From Acidimicrobiia bacterium (GTDB lineage: Bacteria; Actinomycetota; Acidimicrobiia; Spongiisociales; ZC4RG35): a stretch of 64,000 bases of DNA. The notes beneath the pieces were generated by a model that searched no databases, was not told the origin of the DNA, and saw only the letters and a list, made by a program, of their open reading frames with translations. Both the position numbers and the translations under genes were made by a program. Location: the NCBI GenBank assembly GCA_965203555.1, contig CBDBCY010000004.1, forward strand, positions 2,592,001-2,656,000, written 5' to 3'. Position 1 is the first letter of the stretch. Every line of letters begins with the position of its first letter. Shown in pieces: positions 1 through 13,400 of this stretch.

Positions 1-939
1 GGTCACCGTCTTGGCCAGGTGGTCGCCGATAACCATGGTGGCCAGGCTGTCAAACACCGCCGATACTGAGGCGCCGGTTACGTCGGAAGAGACGATGGGA
101 TCGGTGGTGTACTCGACGATTCCCCGGTAGCGGGTCTCACAGGCCTGGTGGACAGCCAGGTTCACTTGATCGACATCCACCGGGGTCTCCAATTCGGCCA
201 CCAGATCGACGGTTGAACCGTCCACCACCGGGACATTGAGGGCCAGCGAACCCAGTTTCCCTGCGAATTCGGGTCGGGCGGCCACCAGTATCTCCACGGT
301 GTTGGTGGGCGAGGGAATGATGTTGTCCGCCGCGGCCCGGCTGGAACGAAATCCGGAGGTCGGCACATCCGCCAGGCGCTGAGCGTTGGTCATGGCATGG
401 ACGCTGGTGAAAAAGCCCCGCTGCAATCCGAAGTTGTCGGCCAGGGTCCAAAGAATGGGCGCCAGCGCGTTGGATGTGTTGGAACCAAGGGAGATCACCT
501 GCGTGTCGGGCTCAAGGAGATGGTCGTTCACTCCTCGCAAGAGAATCGGGATCTCACCCGGAACCTGGGGCGTTGAGGCCAGGACGACGCCCCGGGCGCC
601 GGCGGCGATGTGGCGACGGCACTCTTGCATGGTGTGATGGCGTCCGGTGGATTGCACGACCAGTGACACGCCCAGGTCACGCCAGTCCGCATCTCCGGCG
701 TCACGGGCAGCGATTAGGGGCGTGGACTTTTCACCAACCAATAGGGCGCCGTCCTGGTAGGTGACCGGTTCGGGAAACCTGCCATAGATGGAGTCATAGC
801 GCAGCAGATAGGCCAAACCCACCGGGTCGGCCACATCCGCAACGGCGCCCACTTCCAGGGAGGGATGGCCTCTCAACAACCGAAAGACATTGCGACCCAC
901 TCTGCCGAAGCCCATCAGAGCCACTTTGGTTTTTTGCAA
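1..939 (-). CDS. Type I GAPDH-family protein lacking the catalytic Cys; 3' end runs off the window
   Basis: Manual translation from TTG at 939 (RBS GGAGGG upstream): LQKTKVALMGFGRVGRN...YLLRYDSIYG...W..LGV..VVQSTG...ISLGSNTSNALAP...TSVHAMTNAQR..D...RAAADNIIP...FDSLATMVIGDHLAKTVT. Not in the ORF track because the stop lies outside the window. Confidence 0.9.
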   Translation of the reverse strand, partial: MQKTKVALMGFGRVGRNVFRLLRGHPSLEVGAVADVADPVGLAYLLRYDSIYGRFPEPVTYQDGALLVGEKSTPLIAARDAGDADWRDLGVSLVVQSTGRHHTMQECRRHIAAGARGVVLASTPQVPGEIPILLRGVNDHLLEPDTQVISLGSNTSNALAPILWTLADNFGLQRGFFTSVHAMTNAQRLADVPTSGFRSSRAAADNIIPSPTNTVEILVAARPEFAGKLGSLALNVPVVDGSTVDLVAELETPVDVDQVNLAVHQACETRYRGIVEYTTDPIVSSDVTGASVSAVFDSLATMVIGDHLAKTVT

Positions 940-1079
940 CGATTTCCCTCCGCCGGGTGTCTCCTGCCCTCAGAAAATTACCACATCCCGTTCAAATATC
1001 ACCATCGAAATCTTTCGCGGTCCGGCAGGAAACCGCCGTGACGCTTGAATCTCGCAAACGCGCCTTGCATCCTGAAGGG

Positions 1080-1619
1080 GTGAGGGCATTTCGGTACGAG
1101 ACCGTTGGAAGACGAGCGGCATGGTTGCTGCTCATGTTGGTGGCGCTTCCTGCCCCGGCTCGCACGGAGACCGACTGCCGACCGGCGCTCAGGCCACCGG
1201 TGCCGGGGATGATCCTTCGATCTTTCGCTCCAGCCGATCGCGGAGGCCATTGGGGAGTGGACCTGGCGTCGTCGGAGGCGGCGGTGGTGCGGGCGCCGGT
1301 ATCGGGCAGGGTGACCTACGCCGGAAGTGTCGCCGGAATCCGATCAGTGACCGTCGCTCCCCTGCCGGAGGTGAGAGTGAGCATCTCCTATCTATCGGAA
1401 ATATGGGTGACGCGCGGGCAGCGGTTGAAAGTCGGCCAGCCCCTGGGACGGTCGGGCATCGATCACGGAATCTCCGCCGTACATCTCTCGTTACGGGTAA
1501 AGGGTCGGTATCAGGATCCCCGCCCTGCTCTGAACTGCGGACCAGGACCCGGACCGAACGGAGGGCGCCTGAAGCTTCTTCCCCACGGATCGGGCGCCCA
1601 CCCGCGTGTGGATCACTGA
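1080..1619 (+). CDS. M23 family metallopeptidase (start uncertain)
   Basis: HWGVDL (HxxxD) motif, VRAPVSGRVTYAG, V..GQ.L..GQ.LG and HLSL motifs; hydrophobic signal-like N-terminus. Confidence 0.75.
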   Translation: MRAFRYETVGRRAAWLLLMLVALPAPARTETDCRPALRPPVPGMILRSFAPADRGGHWGVDLASSEAAVVRAPVSGRVTYAGSVAGIRSVTVAPLPEVRVSISYLSEIWVTRGQRLKVGQPLGRSGIDHGISAVHLSLRVKGRYQDPRPALNCGPGPGPNGGRLKLLPHGSGAHPRVDH

Positions 1620-1644
1620 CGGCAGCCTGCATTGATCGTGCCGG

Positions 1645-2238
1645 ATGAGCCGGGCTAAGGTAGCAAATGTGAGGAGAGCATTGTTGGGTGGCACCTTCGA
1701 TCCCCCCCACCTGGCTCATCTGGTGTTGGCGGAAGCCGCCCATTGCCAACTCGGGGTCTCGGCGGTGGAATTCATACCGACCGGAAACCCGTGGTGGAAG
1801 TTACAGCCGCCTCCTTCCGCAGCACATCACCGGTTGGAGATGATCAGACGGGCTACGGCGGGTATTCCCTATTGGAAGGTCAACGATTGCGAGGTGCGCC
1901 GGGACGGTCCCAGCTACATGGCGGACACCTTACAGACCTTCGACTCCCGAGATGAGGTCTATCTGGTGCTGGGCGCCGACGCGGCCATCGGAATCCGCGA
2001 GTGGATGCGTTGGAGGGAAGTTGTCGAACGGGTCCGCCTAGTGGTGGCCGCGCGGCCGGGAACCGATCTGCAGCGGGTCGAGCAGGCGGTCGGACACTCA
2101 CCTACCTGGCTGGAGATCCCCCGGCTGGACATTAGCTCCGAGCAGATCAGGCGCCTGTGCCGGGCAGGTCAAAGCATCCGGTTTCTGGTTCCGGAACCGG
2201 TCCTGGAATACATCGCCGAAAACCGGCTCTACTCCTGA
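1645..2238 (+). CDS. nadD: Nicotinate-nucleotide adenylyltransferase (start may be GTG 1669)
   Basis: GGTFDPPHLAH, LGADA, W..W and ISS..IR motifs; followed by rsfS. Confidence 0.92.
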   Translation: MSRAKVANVRRALLGGTFDPPHLAHLVLAEAAHCQLGVSAVEFIPTGNPWWKLQPPPSAAHHRLEMIRRATAGIPYWKVNDCEVRRDGPSYMADTLQTFDSRDEVYLVLGADAAIGIREWMRWREVVERVRLVVAARPGTDLQRVEQAVGHSPTWLEIPRLDISSEQIRRLCRAGQSIRFLVPEPVLEYIAENRLYS

Positions 2239-2242
2239 GGGG

Positions 2243-2668
2243 ATGGCTTATGATGAGGATCACATTCGATCACCAGGGGGTGGTTTAGTAGAGACTCTGG
2301 AAGCTACTCGGCTCGCAGCCGACGTTTTGGCGGAGAAGAACGCCTCTGACATCGTGTTGCTGCAGGTGGGAGAGGCGATGGGCATCACCGAGGTGTTCGT
2401 GATCGCCACCGGTCGTTCCCGGCCCCACATCCAAAGCCTCGCCGAGGAGCTGAAGATCCGTTTTGGGGAGCACGGACGGCAGCGTTTCGGGGAGGAAGGG
2501 TTGGCGCAGTCCGAGTGGGTGTTGCTGGATTACGGTGATTTCATCGTGCACATCTTCTCTCCCGAGCATCGTCTCTACTACGGACTGGAACGTCTGTGGG
2601 GTGACGCGCCCCAGGTTCCCTGGACCCGGCCCGCCGCCCAAACCGCATCCGAGCTCAAATCGGCCTGA
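2243..2668 (+). CDS. rsfS: Ribosome silencing factor (iojap)
   Basis: FVIATG, WVLLDYGDFIVHIF and YYGLERLWGDA motifs. Confidence 0.93.
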   Translation: MAYDEDHIRSPGGGLVETLEATRLAADVLAEKNASDIVLLQVGEAMGITEVFVIATGRSRPHIQSLAEELKIRFGEHGRQRFGEEGLAQSEWVLLDYGDFIVHIFSPEHRLYYGLERLWGDAPQVPWTRPAAQTASELKSA

Positions 2669-2687
2669 TATATACTCCTGGGAGCCG

Positions 2688-2761
2688 GGGGCTGTAGCTC
2701 AGCTTGGAAGAGCGCTTGCATGGCATGCAAGAGGTCACGGGTTCAAGTCCCGTCAGCTCCA
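2688..2761 (+). tRNA. tRNA-Ala (GGC)
   Basis: GGGGCTG/CAGCTCC acceptor stem with G3:U70, CTTGC-ATGGCAT-GCAAG anticodon arm, GGTTCAAGTCCC T-arm; CCA not encoded. Confidence 0.95.
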
Positions 2762-2829
2762 CAGAAATAGGCCCATCTATCTGGTATCAATTGTTGGGTT
2801 GCTACCCAAATTCCAGCGGCCCTCAGCCC

Positions 2830-3233
2830 TCAGCCGGGACCTGAATCCCTTCCGCTCCTCACAGAGTCGCGTCCCCTCCGTTTGTTTTCCAGGCCGACAT
2901 CCTTGTCGGGTCGGGTGAGCACGTACCACCAAGCCAAGGCTGCCGCCGCGACCAGGATCACCCGAAGAGTGGTGTTGGTGGTCAGTATCACCGCGGAGGC
3001 CGTGATGGCGATGAGGGCGACGGTTTTGGCACGTACGGTTGGACCTGCCTGGTAGCTGCGGGTATCTTGCCGAACAGGGGATTGGTTGCGAAGCCACATC
3101 TCAAAACGCCGGGAGGACCGGGCGAAGAAAAGCAGCGCCAATATCACGAAGTCGACGGTCGAGATCCCCGGGAGCCGGCTTATGAAGCCGAACCCCAAAC
3201 ATGTAAACCGAGGATGAGATAGATCAAACGCAA
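2830..3233 (-). pseudogene. YbaN/DUF454-like membrane protein, frameshifted
   Basis: LRLIYLILG in one frame, then FTCLGFGFI..PG..T..F..LA..FFARSS.RFE.WL in another; NPLFGK again out of frame; RAK..AL motif. Confidence 0.6.
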
Positions 3234-3483
3234 CAGGGGAAAGCGGGCCAACTGTGCACGGCGCCAAGGTTTACGATCGGTTGCCTAATAAATCAAAGGC
3301 ACTTTGTGTTGTTCCGTTATTGGTCTTCCTGTTTGGTCTCCCACGCCGTCCGGAGACAGCGTTTTCCGGTGTGTGTCCCTACAGGAAGGCATTCAGTGAG
3401 GATTGGCCGCCCAAAGTGCGCTCAAGCCGGGACTGGGAGGCGGGGTCCCGGACACCTGTGAGAACAAAGATCGGTCGAACCGA

Positions 3484-3801
3484 TTAGCTCTCCGACGCGC
3501 GCCCCGGGGTGGCGAGGAGAGCCTCGTACAGTGAAACGTGCGGGGCCTCCGCCAGCACACTGCCGGTGAGGGGTCGGCCATGCGCGCGACGGAAAATGTC
3601 AGACTGCATCCAAGCCTCGAAGGCCTCGCGCGACTCCCAGGTGGAGTGCGAGATGTACTCTCCCGGCTCGTCGCTCCGCAGGAGCAGGAACATCTCAAAA
3701 CCAGGAGCGTCTGCGATGAAGGACTCCCGTTCGCTCCAACGGCGTTCGAACTCCTCCTCTTGTCCGGGCAGAACGCGAAACCGGTTCATTGCGATCAGCA
3801 T
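3484..3801 (-). CDS. ABM-domain heme-degrading monooxygenase (IsdG/HmoA-like)
   Basis: IAMNRFRV..G.EEEFE..W and W.S.EAF..W..S..F..AH motifs (Asn/Trp/His triad). Confidence 0.8.
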   Translation of the reverse strand: MLIAMNRFRVLPGQEEEFERRWSERESFIADAPGFEMFLLLRSDEPGEYISHSTWESREAFEAWMQSDIFRRAHGRPLTGSVLAEAPHVSLYEALLATPGRASES

Positions 3802-4150
3802 GTTGGTTTCCCCTGGCTTGTCGGCGGGTTCAATTCTGCGGGCTTGTGCATGCCTTCAACATGGTTGCCCCCCATTCGGCCTTGCGAGTTGGAGTATACC
3901 CAAGGCTGTTCACCGGGTCTTGCTCTCAACAGGCGGGCCAGGTCTTCATAGACACAGCTTGCCATGCTTCTGTGTATACGTTGGCCCCTGGGTCCTGTGG
4001 GGATCGGTCAACTTCATCTGCTCCAGCAGATCGGCGCCCGCACGGTCAGGAGGCGAACAGCGACAGTCCGACATAAAACGGGCATATCCTGGTTCTTAAA
4101 CGGACCGGACAGTGGTGGTTCCCGGGTCTGGTCGGTAGGATTCCGGGCGG

Positions 4151-5245
4151 ATGACGGCATCGTATCGGGATCGTTATGTGGACCTTCTGCGCTCGTTCTC
4201 GCTGGTGGTGGTGGTGATATGGCACTGGGTGTTCACGATTCTGGTGGTCTCGCCGGAGACGGTGTCGCCTTCCAACCCGATCGGCTTCACCCGTGGTCTG
4301 TGGGTGGCCACCTGGGTGCTGCAGGTGATGCCGGTGTTCTTCTTCGTGGGCGGGTACACGCACCACCGGTCCTTCCGCAACTACACCCGCGGCACGTCCC
4401 GCCGGTTCCTCAGACGCCGGATGGGAAGGCTGCTTGCGCCGGCGGCAGGTCTGGTGGCGGTTTGGCTGGTCATCGGTTGGGTGTTGGAGATCACCCTCAA
4501 TCCGGCCTGGGTCTGGTCGGCCGTGATCCTGGTGCTGTCACCGCTGTGGTTCCTCATTGTGTACATCGTGATCGTCCTCATCGCTCCGATCGCGGTGCGG
4601 GTTCATCGGCGGTGGGGAGAGATTGCCCCGGTGTGGCTGCTGGGACTTGCGGGTGTGCTGGACGTGCTCCGTTTCACCCACGGTCAGGGCTGGGCGGCCT
4701 GGGTCAACTTCCTGGTTATCTGGGGACTGGCCCACCAGCTCGGGTTTTTCTACGAACGGCTGGTGGCCGCGCCTCCCCGCACCGGCTGGATGATGTTCTG
4801 GGCCGGCCTCTTTGCCCTCGTCGCCCTTACCAACATGGGCTTCTACCCGCGTTCCCTGGTGGGTGTACCCGGAGAGCGGTTCTCCAACATGGGACCGCCC
4901 ACCCTTGCAATTGTCGCCCTGACGTTCCTGCAGGTGGGGCTGGTGCTGGTGATCCGACCCAAGGTGCTGGCCTGGCTGGAGAGGGGCTCGCTGAAGCAAC
5001 GGGTGGTGGGTTGGATCAACGAGCACGCCATGCCCCTGTACCTCTTCCACTCCACCGGAATGGCCGTAATGGTGGCGATCCTGTACGGCTTCGGCTACGT
5101 GCCGCCTGCCGAACCCACCCTCCAATGGTGGCTGACCAGACCCCTGTGGCTGATCGGCCCCGCCATGGCTACCTGGCCCCTCCTGGTTCTCTACCAGGTG
5201 ACCAAACGCTCGCCGGTAACCGCCATTCCCAAGGCGGCCGACTAA
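4151..5245 (+). CDS. Membrane acyltransferase (Acyl_transf_3 family)
   Basis: RDRYVDLLR...VV..HW, QVMPVFFFVGG, LWFL and YLFH motifs; many transmembrane segments. Confidence 0.8.
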   Translation: MTASYRDRYVDLLRSFSLVVVVIWHWVFTILVVSPETVSPSNPIGFTRGLWVATWVLQVMPVFFFVGGYTHHRSFRNYTRGTSRRFLRRRMGRLLAPAAGLVAVWLVIGWVLEITLNPAWVWSAVILVLSPLWFLIVYIVIVLIAPIAVRVHRRWGEIAPVWLLGLAGVLDVLRFTHGQGWAAWVNFLVIWGLAHQLGFFYERLVAAPPRTGWMMFWAGLFALVALTNMGFYPRSLVGVPGERFSNMGPPTLAIVALTFLQVGLVLVIRPKVLAWLERGSLKQRVVGWINEHAMPLYLFHSTGMAVMVAILYGFGYVPPAEPTLQWWLTRPLWLIGPAMATWPLLVLYQVTKRSPVTAIPKAAD

Positions 5246-5381
5246 GCGGGGGTCTGCTCTTGCGGACCGCAGACCGCCGGCAACCCGTATCCTGCCTCAG
5301 TCCTTGAGAAGAGATTCTCTACATCCTGGAGGGCAGTATCTTTCGTGAAGTTGGAAGGTTATGATCTGGAGACACTGCAGA

Positions 5382-5699
5382 ATGGGAGTTCATAAGGTGA
5401 AGGCGGTGCATGACATGGGCGGCACGCACAGCGAGGCGCCCATCGACCGTTCGGAGCGCCCGCTGATGGAGTGGGAACTGCGGACCAGCGCCCTGGTGGA
5501 TGTGCTCTGTGAAAAACGAGTGATCAACCCGGACCAATTGCGCCGCGGCATCGAGTCGATCCCGGCCGACAAGTATCAGGTCCTGTCCTATTACGAGCGG
5601 TGGGCGGCGTCGCTGGAGTTGCTCTTGGTCGAGAAAGGGCTTCTCACCCCCGGGGAGATCGATGCGCGCACGGCTGCGGTCGGGGAGAGGTGGGGCTGA
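5382..5699 (+). CDS. Nitrile hydratase beta N-terminal-like subunit (ScnB-like)
   Basis: HDMGG, WE, LRRGIES, Y..LSYYERW and LVEKG...E motifs. Confidence 0.82.
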   Translation: MGVHKVKAVHDMGGTHSEAPIDRSERPLMEWELRTSALVDVLCEKRVINPDQLRRGIESIPADKYQVLSYYERWAASLELLLVEKGLLTPGEIDARTAAVGERWG

Positions 5700-5700
5700 G

Positions 5701-5997
5701 TTGGGGGATTTTCGTCCCGGAGACGCAGTGAGGGTCCTGTCCTCCATGGTCGAGACTCATCACCGGACCCCCGGGTACGTGAAGGGCAAAGTGGGACGGA
5801 TCAATGCCCTGTCGGGGAGCTTCTACGATCCTGAGACTCGGGCCTACGGAGGGAGTGGAATCCCCAAACGAGAGCTCTACCTGGTTGAGTTCGACATGAG
5901 GAGTCTTTGGGGAAATCGGTATCGGGGGAGGGAAGGCGACAGTTTGCTGGTCGATCTGTACGAGCAGTGGCTGGAACCGGCAACCGAGTCGAACTGA
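5701..5997 (+). CDS. Nitrile hydratase beta C-terminal SH3-like subunit (ScnA-like)
   Basis: F.PGD.VRV, HHRTPGYVKGKVG, LY.VEF..LW and DLYEQWLE motifs; TTG start after GGAGAGG. Confidence 0.82.
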   Translation: MGDFRPGDAVRVLSSMVETHHRTPGYVKGKVGRINALSGSFYDPETRAYGGSGIPKRELYLVEFDMRSLWGNRYRGREGDSLLVDLYEQWLEPATESN

Positions 5998-6011
5998 TAC
6001 CGAGGCTGGAA

Positions 6012-6668
6012 ATGGACTCAGATCACCAGCACCCTCACGGAGACCACGACGATCACGATCATCGGAGAGTGGACGAGGACATCCAATTGAGCGAACCCGC
6101 CCGGCGTCTGTTGGCCATGGAGGAGCTTTTGGTGGAGAAAGGGGTGATTCACCGCCACGACGTGCAAAGGCTGATGGACCTGACGGCCGCCATGTCGCCG
6201 GTGGACGGCGCCAGGGTGGTGGCGCGGGCGTGGACCGACCCGGCTTTCAAGGATCGTCTGCTGGAAGACCCGCGGGTTGCTCTGGCGGAGTTGGGATACC
6301 CGCTCGTCTCCGGCGCCAAACTGGCCGTGGTCGAGAATACCGAGCAGGTGCATCATCTGGTGGTATGCACCCTCTGCTCGTGCTACCCCAGATCACTGCT
6401 CGGACCTCCGCCCGAGTGGTACAAGAGCTTCGCCTACCGGTCCAGGGCAGTCGTGGACCCTCGGGGCGTCATGGGAGAATTCGGTCTCGAGTTGGGAGAT
6501 GAAGTCGTGGTCCGGGTGGTTGACAGCGCCGCCGATCTTCGGTACATGGTGCTGCCTGTGCGTCCCGAGGGAACGGACGGCATGACAGAAGCGGAGTTGG
6601 CGGCGCTGGTCACCCGCGACAGCCTGGTCGGGGTCGGCGTGGCCAACTCGCCGGCGTCCGGCGTCTGA
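6012..6668 (+). CDS. Cobalt-type nitrile hydratase alpha / thiocyanate hydrolase gamma subunit
   Basis: VCTLCSCYP metal motif, GARVVARAWTDPAFK and PP.WYKS.AYRSR; His-rich N-terminus. Confidence 0.9.
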   Translation: MDSDHQHPHGDHDDHDHRRVDEDIQLSEPARRLLAMEELLVEKGVIHRHDVQRLMDLTAAMSPVDGARVVARAWTDPAFKDRLLEDPRVALAELGYPLVSGAKLAVVENTEQVHHLVVCTLCSCYPRSLLGPPPEWYKSFAYRSRAVVDPRGVMGEFGLELGDEVVVRVVDSAADLRYMVLPVRPEGTDGMTEAELAALVTRDSLVGVGVANSPASGV

Positions 6669-6783
6669 CGCCCCTCCGACCAACCGGTCCCAACCCGGTG
6701 ATGTTGCTTGCCCAGGGTGTCCGGCGGTCTCTTCCGCTCCGGTCCGGTGGAGAATGTGAGGGGAACCAAGGATAGGGATTTAC

Positions 6784-6813
6784 TTGACACCGAAGGCTTC
6801 GTGTGTATAGAGT
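6784..6813 (+). promoter_or_regulatory. Putative SigA promoter of rpoBC
   Basis: TTGACA-N18-TAGAGT about 120 bp upstream of rpoB. Confidence 0.5.
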
Positions 6814-6932
6814 AAGTCTCGGAGGGTGGCCATGGCATGGTCATGAATACAGATTTGCTCGACAGGTGGATGCCTGTCTATTATTAGCTATTGCTCTGTT
6901 TCTGCACGCCTGTTTCTAAGGAGGACCGCGTC

Positions 6933-10376
<3,444 letters not shown>

Positions 10377-10403
10377 AAGACGGCCTGATTGGAGAGATAG
10401 CCA

Positions 10404-13400
10404 ATGACAATGACTGAATCCAAATTCCACGCCGCCAATCACCGGATCGCTTTCGACGAAGTACAGATAGGCCTGGCCTCCAGCGATCAGATTCGCTCTT
10501 GGTCTTTCGGCGAGGTGAAGAAACCGGAGACCATCAACCACCGCACCCTGAAGCCTGAGCGGGACGGTCTGTTCGACGAGCGGATCTTCGGTCCGCAGCG
10601 GGACTGGGAGTGCTATTGCGGAAAATACAAGCGGGTCAGGTACAAGAGCCTGGTCTGCGAGAAGTGCAATGTGGAAGTTACCCGCTCCAAAGTTCGCCGG
10701 GAGAGAATGGGACACATCGATCTGGCCGCTCCTGTGGCTCATATCTGGTTTTTCAAAGGTGTTCCTTCCCGACTCGGGTATCTGTTGGACATCTCGCTTC
10801 GGGACTTGGAGAAGATCATCTACTTCGCCGCCCATGTGGTCACTTCGGTGGATCGGACCCGTCTGATCCGGGATCTCCCCGAATTGGAAAAGGACTACCT
10901 GGAGGAGATCGGAGAGACCAGAGAGGCCTTTGAGGAGTGGCGCGGCAACCGGCTGGAGACCCTTGAGATCGAGTTGGCCCGCATGGAGGAAGGCGGCGCC
11001 AAGGCTGCTGAGATTCGGGCTGCCGACAAGCTGGCGCAGACTCAGATCGCCGACCGGCAGCGGAGGATGGAGGACGAATGCGAACTGGCTTCCGAGGCCT
11101 ATGAGACCATTCGCCGTCTGCAGGTGAAGGATCTGGTCGAGTACGAACAGCTGTGGAAGGCCATGCAGTACAGCTATGGGGATTATTTCGAAGGAGGGAT
11201 GGGCGCCGAGGCGATTCGCGACCTGCTGGCCAACATGGATCTGGACGCCGAGATGGAAAAACTCCGAGAGGACATGGAGTCCAATTCGGCACAGCGTCGC
11301 CAGCGGGCCACGCTCCGGATGAAAGTGGTGCGCCCCTTTGCGGAAGGGTTGAACAATCCCACCAACATGGTTCTTCACACCCTGCCGGTGATTCCCCCCG
11401 ATCTTCGACCGATGGTGCAATTGGACGGAGGGCGCTTCGCCACTTCCGACCTCAACGATCTGTATCGACGGGTTATCAACCGCAACAACCGGCTGAAGCG
11501 ACTGCTGGAGTACGGCGCTCCCGAGATCATCGTCAATAACGAAAAGCGGATGTTGCAGGAGGCGGTGGACGCCCTGTTCGACAACGGTCGCCGCGGCCGC
11601 GCCGTGACCGGCCAGGGGACACGGGCTCTGAAGTCTCTTTCCGACATGATCAAGGGGAAGGCCGGCCGCTTCCGCCAAAACCTGCTGGGAAAGCGGGTCG
11701 ACTATTCGGGCCGTTCGGTAATAGTGGTGGGACCCCAGCTCCAGTTGCATCAGTGCGGACTGCCCAAGGAGATGGCGCTGGAACTCTTCAAGCCTTTCGT
11801 GATGAAGGGGCTGGTCGACACCGACAAGGCGCCGAATATCAAGTCTGCCAAGAGAATGGTGGAGCAACAACGCGATGAGGTATGGGATGTGCTGTCAACC
11901 GCCATCTCCGAGCATCCGGTACTCCTGAACCGCGCTCCCACTCTTCATCGACTGGGCATCCAGGCCTTCGAGCCGGTCCTGGTGGAAGGCAAGGCAATCC
12001 AGATTCACCCCCTGGTCTGTGAAGCCTTCAACGCCGACTTCGACGGAGACCAGATGGCTGTGCATCTGCCGATCTCGCCGGAGGCCCAGGCAGAGTCTCG
12101 CATCCTGATGCTGTCCCGCAACAATGTGCTCTCACCGGCTTCGGGTCGTCCCATCGTCACGCCCAGCCAGGACATGGTGATCGGGATCTACTACCTCACC
12201 GAACTGGAGCCTGACGTGACCGGCGCCGGACGGGTGTTCGGCTCGGTGGACGAGGCGATCATGGCATACGAACTCGGCGATCTGAACCTGCATGCTCCCA
12301 TCAAAGTGCGGCTCGGTGACTTGGCGGGTAGTAAGGAGCGTCACGAAGAACTGGAAGACGAGTTGGCAGGTTTGATCGGTCCGGATTGGATTTCCGGCGA
12401 TGCGCTGGCGGAGACCACTGTGGGTCGGGTCATGCTGAACACCGCGTTTCCCGCCTCCTTCCCCTTTGTGAATGCGCCGGTTATCAAGTCCGGAATTCGC
12501 AGGCTGGTCGAGGTGGCGATCAACCGCTATGCCCGCTCCCAGGTGGTGGACACGCTGGACAGACTCAAGGAATTGGGATTCCGATACGCCACTGTCGCCG
12601 GTCTCACCATCGGTTTGGAGGATGTCAAGACGCCCAGGGAGAAGAAGAGCATCCTGAGGCGACATGCCCGCAAGGCCGCAAAGGTCCAGGACCTCTACGA
12701 GAAAGGCGTGATCCTCGACAGCGAGCGCCGCTCCGAACTCATCGAGATCTGGAGCGAGGCCACCGAGGAAGTCAAGAATGAGATGGAGAAGACCCTCAAG
12801 GCCGAGAGATTCAATCCTCTGGAAATGATGGTCGGCTCGGGGGCGAGGGGCAACACCATGCAGGTACGCCAGATCGCCGGTATGAGAGGATTGGTGGCCA
12901 ATCCCCGGGGTGACATCATCCCCAGTCCCATCACCTCCAACTTCCGGGAAGGTCTGTCGGTTCTCGAGTACTTCATCTCCACCCACGGCGCCCGCAAGGG
13001 TCTGGCGGACACCGCCCTGCGGACGAGAGACGCGGGATACCTGACCCGCAAGCTGGTGGATGTCTCCCAGGAAGTCCTGGTCAGGGAAAAGGAATGCGGA
13101 AGCGACCGGGGAGTGTGGTTCGATGTCGTCGAGGTGGTCGATCAGGGGTCTTCGGGGCTACCCGAAGGTAAGACTCATGACGAGTTATTGACTCCGGTCC
13201 GCCACCTGCGCAGCCACATCTTCGGAAGAATCCTGGCCGAGCCGGTCAGGATCGGGCGGAAGGTGGCGACCACCGACCGTGGACACAAGTTGGCGGCTGG
13301 GCGCCTGATCGATTCCGACGCCATGGGAACCATCGTCGGCCACGCGACGGAGATCAGGAGAGTGAAAGTGCGGTCGGTGCTCACCTGCGACACCCGCGCT

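Noticed and set aside
3285-3300. Possible IdeR/DtxR box near the YbaN-like gene
   Set aside because: Only a half-site matches
3825-3836. CGGGTTCAATTC resembling a tRNA T-arm or att site
   Set aside because: Too short, no proper stem, and no integrase nearby
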